Shown here one piece after another: positions 25,657 through 32,806 of a stretch of 32,806 bases of DNA; within the stretch, counting starts at the first letter, position 1, and the number at the start of each line of letters is the position of its first letter. The DNA lies in contig JAGGYO010000124.1 of NCBI GenBank assembly GCA_021162505.1, positions 1-32,806 of the forward strand, read 5' to 3'. The position numbers were made by a program, and so were the translations under genes. The notes under the pieces are model-generated. The model saw only the letters and a program-made list of their open reading frames with translations, made no database searches and was not told the origin of the DNA. Source of the DNA: a bacterium (lineage in GTDB: Bacteria > AUK180).

Positions 25657-26403
25657 CTATTGAGATCTTATAAGCAATGTATAAAATTTTGTAGTTTCAT
25701 AATTATATGGGTCTTGATGGCTCATCTGATCTTCTCTGAATTTTGCTTTATCAAGATAATCCCTTACGCCAATACTTATAGCTAATAATTTGACATTGAT
25801 AAAATTATTACTTGTATCCGGTGAAATATCTATCTTTCGTAACCACAATTTTTTAGGTTTTGCTGCGAGTTCTTTCTCAGTTAAGATAATACCGGTGGTA
25901 TAATCTTGGTCCAAATATACAAAATTACTTTCTTTTGTTAATTCACCATTATTTGTAAAGCTTATCCCCATTACCCTGTACATATCAGTAGAAGAAGTTG
26001 CTTTATTTAAAAGAGGATTATCAAATTTGAAAACAAAAAGAATAAGTACTTCTCCGAATCTGGGAGAAGTATATATATTGCTTACATATGGTGGTGTCAA
26101 TTGTGCGGCACCTTGAGAAAAAGAATGTGAACTTATCATTGTTCCTTGATAATAACCGGGGGTTGCTATTGACAAAAGGCTTGAATTGCCGGAAATCAAT
26201 TGGACCGAGGTCATAGAACCGAATGTTCGTTGAAATCCTAAATTCAGCATATTCAGGTATTCTTCTGTTTCTGCTTGCGCTCGCTTCTTAGCTGTTTGTT
26301 TTGTAATGGTTTGATATGTAAGCATTAGGGTTGCTAAAACCCAACCGGATATAGCGATTACAACCATTAGTTCCATTAATGTGAACGCTTTTTTCTTATT
26401 CAT
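25657..26403 (-). CDS. PilW-like minor pilin (prepilin cleavage/methylation motif)
   Basis: KKKA|FTLMELMVVIAI. Confidence 0.82.
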   Translation of the reverse strand: MNKKKAFTLMELMVVIAISGWVLATLMLTYQTITKQTAKKRAQAETEEYLNMLNLGFQRTFGSMTSVQLISGNSSLLSIATPGYYQGTMISSHSFSQGAAQLTPPYVSNIYTSPRFGEVLILFVFKFDNPLLNKATSSTDMYRVMGISFTNNGELTKESNFVYLDQDYTTGIILTEKELAAKPKKLWLRKIDISPDTSNNFINVKLLAISIGVRDYLDKAKFREDQMSHQDPYNYETTKFYTLLIRSQ

Positions 26404-26411
26404 CTATACTC

Positions 26412-29400
26412 CTATTGGCAAGAACAGAAATTGTTTGCACCGTGTCCGCCACAACCAACATTCGCTGTAGCTGTATCAATATTCCCGGAACTGTCCCAAA
26501 CCATTACGGTTATGGTAAAGATTTGAGCAGTATTTTTGGGGAATGAGTGGGTTGCAGTTAATGTATTATCATCATTATATGTATCCGCAGAACCATCTCC
26601 CCAATCAATGGAATAGTTAAAAACAGTATCATCCTGATCACTAACAATAATATCAAATCTCATTAATGTTCCTTCTACAAAGGAACATATGAATGAATCA
26701 ATATTGGGTGGGAAAGATACACAATTCCCAGCAGAGGAACAATCAGGATCATCACAATCCACATAGGTGTCTCCATCATCATCGATTCCGTTATCACAGA
26801 TCTCGGTTATTGCAGTATTACAATTTGCCGCCATTGTACAATCGGGATCGAAGCAATCCACTAATGTATCCCCATCATCATCTACACCATTATCACAAAT
26901 CTCTAATAAGGTTTGACTTGGGTATAAATTTATTTTACAAAGATCAGTATCTGATGCATTACTCGGATCGGCAACAGTTAATGTTACATCTATGGAAACG
27001 GGACTTGTATCGGTTATTCCCTGTTCGGTTTTTTTTGTTGAATAGAAGGTATTGTCATATGTATGCCATGCGGTTGCACCATAAGCGGCGTCGCCATCTC
27101 CAAAATCCCAATAATATGATAATTCCGCTCTCGTATTATCACAATCAACGGAAGACCTTCCCTCAAAATATATTGCAGAACCAACGGTTCCAAAATTATC
27201 TTTTCCGGCATTTGCAACCGGCGGATAGTTATAGCCAGTGGTTTTTGTATTGAACTCCAGGTGGGTATTACATGTATAATCTTTTTCCGGATTTGCATTT
27301 ATAGTTAAATTATATTCTACTTCGTCCATTGCAAATGGTTGAGCTGCAAAGGGTTCATCTGTAGGTCTATCCATAAAATGTAAATAAAGGGTTGCTTCGG
27401 TCTCAAAACCATCAATCAATAATTTGTCTTGATCATCGGGGTCAAAGAATATTTCAATGGGTGCTCTTTTTCTTGAACCCGGATTTGGCTCTCCGTTTTC
27501 CCAGTACCAAATAGTATTTCGTTTATAATTACTACCGTCAGATGCTTGGGTTTCTAAAACTACTCGATCAATATAAGGGAATGCAACCGATGTATCTCCT
27601 GTTGATAAGCAAACACTTTTATAGGCGGGATCTTCAATATTTAAACTATAGAGATAAAAATCACCTGTCCTGTAATTAGTCAATGAAATTGCTACGGTAT
27701 CATTGTATCCTCCCTCCAATGCAACCTCTCCAGAAGCATAGGGGTCTGCCGACGGTGTTGGATAAAAGAGTGCATTTGATTGATGAATTATATTAGGTCC
27801 TTCTTCTAATGAGGGTTCCCAATTTTTTAAATTAGAACTGTCTGTGGCAAACATTCTAAATTCCATATCATTTCTTGATGGGGGTAAAAGAGAATAAGAA
27901 ATATGTTTATAATTTGTGGTAAGGCTAGCCCATGTCCATGTACCGGTTGTTGCGCCGGTATCTTTAGAAATTCGGCTGAACCCGGCATTGATCAATTGAC
28001 ATTCATCAATTACAGTAAATCCAATAGGTATCTGTCTTTCTCCATAAGGTACACAGTCCTCGAATCCCAATCCACTATAATCAGGATATATCAAAGGTGG
28101 GTTTATATCCGTCTCCGTAATTTTAATAGTTGTTGGTTTTTCAATACCAATATCAATTGGTGTTGAAACGGAATTTCCACAATAATCACTTGCAGTAACC
28201 TGATAAAAAATATCCGGCAGATCATCAAAAGTACCACCGCCCGAAGAATCAATGAGGGCAGATTGTGGTAATGTCCAGAAGAAATTACCCTCACCGTCAG
28301 GTCCTGTTTTTGTGGTAATCTCTTGAAGGGTTCCAATGTTTCCTCCGGCATCCATTTGTCCCCAATAGGCATGTTCTTCAGCTATTCCGCTAACTCCATT
28401 AGAACCGTCTGAAATTTTTGCTATGATCAAACCCAAACAGCTTTGGGCAACTACTCTACTTGAATAATCCAAAATCACGGGAACCTCATCATCAGCAACA
28501 TTAACAAAAAAGGTATCGGAATAAGTTTCTCTAACGGTATTGGAACATTTATTTCCTATATAGTCGTCTTTTGCATAAACCAATAGTGACATATCAAAAG
28601 GTTCTACGGCACCCTCTTCTTCGGAACAAGTATAGCTACCGGCATAACCGGAAGCAATATCTGCATTTATTACTTCGCTGCCGGGGATAACCCCAATATA
28701 ATAATTTAAATTGCCCGCATATTTCATTGGAATAGATCTTGCATTTGACTTATCTTCGCCATAGTACCAGTAAAGTAATGTAAGAGCCGGCAATTTCGAA
28801 ACACATTGATCATTTAAACCGATACGAACAAGGTATTCGGTGGAAACATCTAAGGGCGTTGTCTTAATATCAATTCCTTTTCCATCGGTGGTAAGTACTT
28901 CAATATCACTTAAAGTCGGGTTATCACAACAACTTTTATCCATTGGTTCAAAACTTGAAATAACGCTTGACATTTTGAATGTTACCATTCTGTACTTACT
29001 TTTAAAATTTTCATTATTTGAAAGAAGGGCATTTAATATTTGTGTTTTTGTTAATACAGCCGTTCTTTCCGGCCATGTAACGGTTATTACGACTTTTTTC
29101 ATATCATGTCCTTGTCCCGTATAATCATCAGCACCATCGTTATTAAGGTCGATCATAGGTCTTATTTTATATGACTCATCGATCGTGGGATTTGATGTTT
29201 GTTCGAATACAACATAGGAAATATCTTCTGCTACAAAGTACATTTTAGTCAACTTTAAATTTAAATTTGTATAGTATGGTTTGGAATTTTCAAATTCCCA
29301 AGTTGAGCTTTGTATACTACTAAAATATTTTTTCGCCAACGCCTCATCACGATCAATATGTATCTTTGCTATTTGCCTTGCCTCGTTTGTATGGGTTAAT

Positions 29401-29513
29401 TGTGCAGTTTCCTTTCCCGCCATAACAACTGCTCTAATAACAGCAAAAAAACCAATAGTTATAATGGCAATTGCCACGAGTAATTCAATGACCGATGTAC
29501 CTTTGCGTTTCAT
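26412..29513 (-). CDS. giant PilV-like minor pilin fused to Ig-like/PKD domains and Cys-Asp repeats
   Basis: KRKG|TSVIELLVAIAI; KKVVITVTW; PKD motifs NYPPVANAG...YYWDFGDG and YSIDWGDG; two EICDNG.DDDGD..VDC.DPDC repeats; AGGAGG RBS. Confidence 0.8.
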   Translation of the reverse strand: MKRKGTSVIELLVAIAIITIGFFAVIRAVVMAGKETAQLTHTNEARQIAKIHIDRDEALAKKYFSSIQSSTWEFENSKPYYTNLNLKLTKMYFVAEDISYVVFEQTSNPTIDESYKIRPMIDLNNDGADDYTGQGHDMKKVVITVTWPERTAVLTKTQILNALLSNNENFKSKYRMVTFKMSSVISSFEPMDKSCCDNPTLSDIEVLTTDGKGIDIKTTPLDVSTEYLVRIGLNDQCVSKLPALTLLYWYYGEDKSNARSIPMKYAGNLNYYIGVIPGSEVINADIASGYAGSYTCSEEEGAVEPFDMSLLVYAKDDYIGNKCSNTVRETYSDTFFVNVADDEVPVILDYSSRVVAQSCLGLIIAKISDGSNGVSGIAEEHAYWGQMDAGGNIGTLQEITTKTGPDGEGNFFWTLPQSALIDSSGGGTFDDLPDIFYQVTASDYCGNSVSTPIDIGIEKPTTIKITETDINPPLIYPDYSGLGFEDCVPYGERQIPIGFTVIDECQLINAGFSRISKDTGATTGTWTWASLTTNYKHISYSLLPPSRNDMEFRMFATDSSNLKNWEPSLEEGPNIIHQSNALFYPTPSADPYASGEVALEGGYNDTVAISLTNYRTGDFYLYSLNIEDPAYKSVCLSTGDTSVAFPYIDRVVLETQASDGSNYKRNTIWYWENGEPNPGSRKRAPIEIFFDPDDQDKLLIDGFETEATLYLHFMDRPTDEPFAAQPFAMDEVEYNLTINANPEKDYTCNTHLEFNTKTTGYNYPPVANAGKDNFGTVGSAIYFEGRSSVDCDNTRAELSYYWDFGDGDAAYGATAWHTYDNTFYSTKKTEQGITDTSPVSIDVTLTVADPSNASDTDLCKINLYPSQTLLEICDNGVDDDGDTLVDCFDPDCTMAANCNTAITEICDNGIDDDGDTYVDCDDPDCSSAGNCVSFPPNIDSFICSFVEGTLMRFDIIVSDQDDTVFNYSIDWGDGSADTYNDDNTLTATHSFPKNTAQIFTITVMVWDSSGNIDTATANVGCGGHGANNFCSCQ
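26739..26903 (-). repeat. two Cys/Asp-rich coding repeats (99-bp period)
   Basis: EICDNGVDDDGDTLVDCFDPDC (26838-26903) and EICDNGIDDDGDTYVDCDDPDC (26739-26804). Confidence 0.85.
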
Positions 29514-29542
29514 AGTAACCTCCTGTTTTCTACTTCCTAATG

Positions 29543-29558
29543 TGCAAAATGTGTGCCA
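29543..29558 (-). promoter_or_regulatory. sigma54 (-24/-12) promoter of the pilin operon
   Basis: Minus strand TGGCAC-ACATT-TTGCA, a full match to TGGCAC-N5-TTGCW, about 30 bp upstream of the ATG. Confidence 0.75.
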
Positions 29559-29598
29559 CCCAGATAATTATAGTTATACTCGACTAATTTATGGTAGG

Positions 29599-30057
29599 TT
29601 ACCACTTGTCAATTGAATTTTCCACAATTTTTTGCGAAATTTTCTTAATGGCATCCGTCAATGCTTTATTTTCCTCTTGGGAGTCAGGTCTGTATAAGCC
29701 ATAATCATTTATTTTCCCCTTTTTAATTTCTTTATCCTTTTTTATTATTTTATATTCTATGCTTACGGTCATCTTATATTCTTCGGGACTATTTGTGGAA
29801 GAAAAAGATGTTGCTTTCTTTGAAATGGTTAGTATATTAATATTCAAAGAAGTCGAACTTTTCCCAATGGTCAATCCATTGGAATAAAAAGCCTGTTCCA
29901 ATTCTGTCCTAAAAGAATTTTCTATGGGATAAAATGTTTTATTTGAGATGCTATCAATACTTATTTTGCTATCACCCGTTAAAAGTACAATGCCGAAATG
30001 ATAACCGCAGTTCAATAATATAGAAAGAATTATGAAAAGCAAAAGTTTTTTATACAA
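29599..30057 (-). CDS. lptE: LPS-assembly lipoprotein LptE-like
   Basis: Lipobox LLN-CGYH, 152 aa, directly downstream of leuS. Confidence 0.75.
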   Translation of the reverse strand: MYKKLLLFIILSILLNCGYHFGIVLLTGDSKISIDSISNKTFYPIENSFRTELEQAFYSNGLTIGKSSTSLNINILTISKKATSFSSTNSPEEYKMTVSIEYKIIKKDKEIKKGKINDYGLYRPDSQEENKALTDAIKKISQKIVENSIDKW

Positions 30058-32476
30058 TTATATTCACCAGTTTTTTAGGTATATAAATAATTTTTTTTAT
30101 GGGCTTATTATCAATAAATTTCCTTACATTATCTATTTCCATTACCAATTCTTTTAATTTTTCCTCAGTAATATGGGAAGTGATATTGATCCGGCCTCTT
30201 ATTTTGCCTTTCACTTGAACCACGATCTCAATTTCCTCCTTTTCCAATTTTGATCTGTCTGCTTTAGGGAATTTCTCCAAGAATACAGAATTTTCATTGC
30301 CGGTTTTATTCCAAAGTTTTTCTGCCAAATGAGGAAATATGGGCGCCATTACAATAATAAATTTCTCTTTTATTCCTTTTGGGATACCAAAATCTTTATT
30401 TTCTGAAAAACTTTTTTCCGTAAAATTGATGAATTTCATTAGAGAGGAAACCGCAGTATTCAATTTGAATCGCTGGAGATCATGAGAAAAAGATTCTATC
30501 AAAAAATTAATTTCATAATCAATGTCATCGTTTTCCACGGTTTTTGTTGGGATCTTCTCTACTGTATGAACGATCCTTCGCATAAAATTTTTAATACTTT
30601 GGACACTTTCTTCATTCCATTCCAGAGCTTTTTCAGGCGGTGCAATAAAAAGAATAGTCCCCCTCGCCACATCCGAACCTTCTTTTTCAACAAAAGGTCC
30701 CACCGGGATCGCATTGCCCTTGGATTTTGACATCACTTCCAAATTACCATTGACCCTATTCATCACCATCCCCTGAGTAAATAGTTCTTTAAAGGGCTCG
30801 TCATTTTTTATCAAACCCTCATCACATAGAAATTTGGTTATGAAACGGGAGAATAATAGATGCAATATCGCGTGTTCAACCCCGCCAATATACAGATCTA
30901 CCGGCATCCAGTAATTTAATTTATCCTTAGAAAAGATCTCTTTCTCATTATTAGCATCGCTATAGCGTAAATAATACCAGGAAGAATCAACAAAAGTATC
31001 CATTGTATCAGTATCTCTTTTTGCTGGCCCGCCGCATACAGGGCAAGTCGTATTAACAAATTCTTCAACCGATGCAAGGGGTGATTTCCCCTTGGGGATA
31101 TAATCTACCTTATGTGGGTCGGGTAATAGGACTGGCAGATTTTCAATCTTTTCGGGTACAATTCCGCATTTTGGACAATGGATCATTGGGATGGGTGTTC
31201 CCCAATATCTTTGTCTCGATATAAGCCAATCCCTTAAACGATAATTTACGGTTCTTTCCCCCCAGCCGATCTTTTCAAGGTGTTCTATTATTTGTTCTTT
31301 TGCATCAGTAGATAACATTCCGCTAAATTGTTCTGAGTTTTCCATGATACCGGTTTCGATATATGCATCTTTCATATCTTTGTCATTTATTTTTTTATCC
31401 TTGGGCTGAATAACGATCTTTATTGGAATATCATATTTTTTTGCAAAAGAAAAATCCCTTGTATCATGTGCAGGAACTCCCATAACAGCACCGGTACCAT
31501 AAGATGCAAGAACATAATCTCCTACAAAAACGGCTACTTTTTGGTTAGTTAAGGGGTTCTTAACATAAATTCCGGTAAAAACTCCGTCCTTTTCTGTTTT
31601 TGACCCTGCTCGCTCAATTTCACTCTTTTTCCCCGAGGTTTTAATATATTTATCAACTTTTTTTCTAATGTCCTCTTCCATGGGTAATCTTTGGATAATA
31701 GGATTTTCCGGCGCTATGGCCATGAAGGTAACCCCATAAAGCGTATCGGGTCTTGTAGTATAAACATCAATAAATTCTGTTCTGCTGTGAAGGAAAGGAA
31801 ATCTTACGGTAACTCCATTCGATCTACCTATCCAATTTTTCTGCATCATCTTTACCTTTTCGGGCCATTTATCTAATTTTTCCAGATCATCCAAGAGTCT
31901 ATCTGCATATTTTGTTATTTTAAAATACCATTGTGTCAAATTTTTCTTTATTACTTCTGCTCCGCATCGATAGCATTTTCCGTCTTCAACTTGTTCATTT
32001 GCAAGGACTGTTTTACAATCAGGGCACCAATTAACGGGAGATTCCTTTCTATATGCCAATCCTTTCTCATATAATTTTATGAAGATCCATTGTGTCCATT
32101 TATAATAATCCGGCAAACAGGTTGTAACTTCTCTATCCCAGTCATAAGATATACCCATTTCCTTGAAGGTATTTTTTGAAACGGAAATATTGGATAAGGT
32201 CCAATCTTTCGGTGAAATTTCTTTTTTTATGGCAGCATTTTCAGCAGGCAATCCAAAAGCATCCCAACCCATAGGATGTAATACGGAATAACCCAACATT
32301 TTATAATATCTTGCGTAAACATCTCCGATGACATAATTTCTCAAATGTCCCATGTGAAGATCTCCCGAAGGATATGGGAACATTTCCAGAACATAGAATT
32401 TTTTACCTTCTTCCTTTGTTTTAAATATTTTATTTTTTATCCAGTATTCACGCCAATATTTCTCATTAGAGTACAT
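30050..32476 (-). CDS. leuS: leucine--tRNA ligase
   Basis: MFPYPSG.LHMGH, TTRPDT editing domain, DWLISRQRYWG, GGVEHA, VMSKS. Confidence 0.98.
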   Translation of the reverse strand: MYSNEKYWREYWIKNKIFKTKEEGKKFYVLEMFPYPSGDLHMGHLRNYVIGDVYARYYKMLGYSVLHPMGWDAFGLPAENAAIKKEISPKDWTLSNISVSKNTFKEMGISYDWDREVTTCLPDYYKWTQWIFIKLYEKGLAYRKESPVNWCPDCKTVLANEQVEDGKCYRCGAEVIKKNLTQWYFKITKYADRLLDDLEKLDKWPEKVKMMQKNWIGRSNGVTVRFPFLHSRTEFIDVYTTRPDTLYGVTFMAIAPENPIIQRLPMEEDIRKKVDKYIKTSGKKSEIERAGSKTEKDGVFTGIYVKNPLTNQKVAVFVGDYVLASYGTGAVMGVPAHDTRDFSFAKKYDIPIKIVIQPKDKKINDKDMKDAYIETGIMENSEQFSGMLSTDAKEQIIEHLEKIGWGERTVNYRLRDWLISRQRYWGTPIPMIHCPKCGIVPEKIENLPVLLPDPHKVDYIPKGKSPLASVEEFVNTTCPVCGGPAKRDTDTMDTFVDSSWYYLRYSDANNEKEIFSKDKLNYWMPVDLYIGGVEHAILHLLFSRFITKFLCDEGLIKNDEPFKELFTQGMVMNRVNGNLEVMSKSKGNAIPVGPFVEKEGSDVARGTILFIAPPEKALEWNEESVQSIKNFMRRIVHTVEKIPTKTVENDDIDYEINFLIESFSHDLQRFKLNTAVSSLMKFINFTEKSFSENKDFGIPKGIKEKFIIVMAPIFPHLAEKLWNKTGNENSVFLEKFPKADRSKLEKEEIEIVVQVKGKIRGRINITSHITEEKLKELVMEIDNVRKFIDNKPIKKIIYIPKKLVNIIV

Positions 32477-32566
32477 ATCTGCTCCTTTTATATATATGTT
32501 TTATTAAATCATAAAACACCGATTATGTCAAGTGAAAAGAGGAAACAGCCAGATGCATAAATTCTT

Positions 32567-32639
32567 GGTTCAAAGGTTCCATGTTAAAAGGTTCAAAGGT
32601 TCAAAAAAATGGTACTAAGTACTAAGCTATTGGTACTAA
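32567..32639. repeat. short tandem motifs GGTTCAAA and GTACTAA
   Basis: Same motifs as at 3100-3131 and 3252-3265. Confidence 0.6.
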
Positions 32640-32786
32640 GTGGAGAAACTAAATACTTAGTACTGAATACTGCATACTGTTTTTCAATGTGGAGAAACTA
32701 AATACTTAGTACTGAATACTGCATACTGTTTTTCAATGTGGAGAAACTAAATACTCAGTACTGAATACTGCATACTGTTTTTCAAC
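32640..32786. repeat. 49-bp tandem repeat x3
   Basis: GTGGAGAAACTAAATACTTAGTACTGAATACTGCATACTGTTTTTCAAT at 32640, 32689 and 32738 (third copy has two substitutions). Confidence 0.95.
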
Positions 32787-32806
32787 TCTCCTATGAAAGA
32801 AAAAGT

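Noticed and set aside
32480-32640. T-box riboswitch upstream of leuS
   Set aside because: No T-box consensus or terminator is visible on the minus strand.
32640-32786. CRISPR array
   Set aside because: The units are head-to-tail with no unique spacers, and there are no cas genes in the window.

Overview
This is a low-GC, gene-dense bacterial window read with the standard code 11. The host is probably diderm, since it carries lptE, a KdsD/KpsF isomerase and type IV pilins; it cannot be identified from sequence alone. From left to right: (1) a translationally coupled three-gene operon of a DHH/DHHA1 phosphoesterase, an unknown 128-aa protein and an intact Clp1/Grc3-type polynucleotide kinase; (2) a minus-strand housekeeping operon (rfbA-rfbC-MBL hydrolase-sucC-sucD-lipid kinase-kdsD-DUF4097-like); (3) an accessory island at about 10.3-14.7 kb with REP-like palindromes around a decayed GIY-YIG nuclease, then GNAT + PLP racemase + DUF1611, where both transcription units are preceded by a homologous promoter and a probably leaderless ~30-aa peptide; (4) a MATE transporter, a three-SDR sugar-epimerase operon ending in DUF401, and DUF58/BatA; (5) a pilV/W/X-like minor-pilin operon with a sigma54 promoter motif, whose PilV is a 1033-aa adhesin-like fusion, followed by a DUF123 nuclease; (6) lptE-leuS and a 49-bp tandem repeat. 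I saw no rRNA, tRNA or CRISPR array. All family calls come from motif recognition by eye, not database searches.
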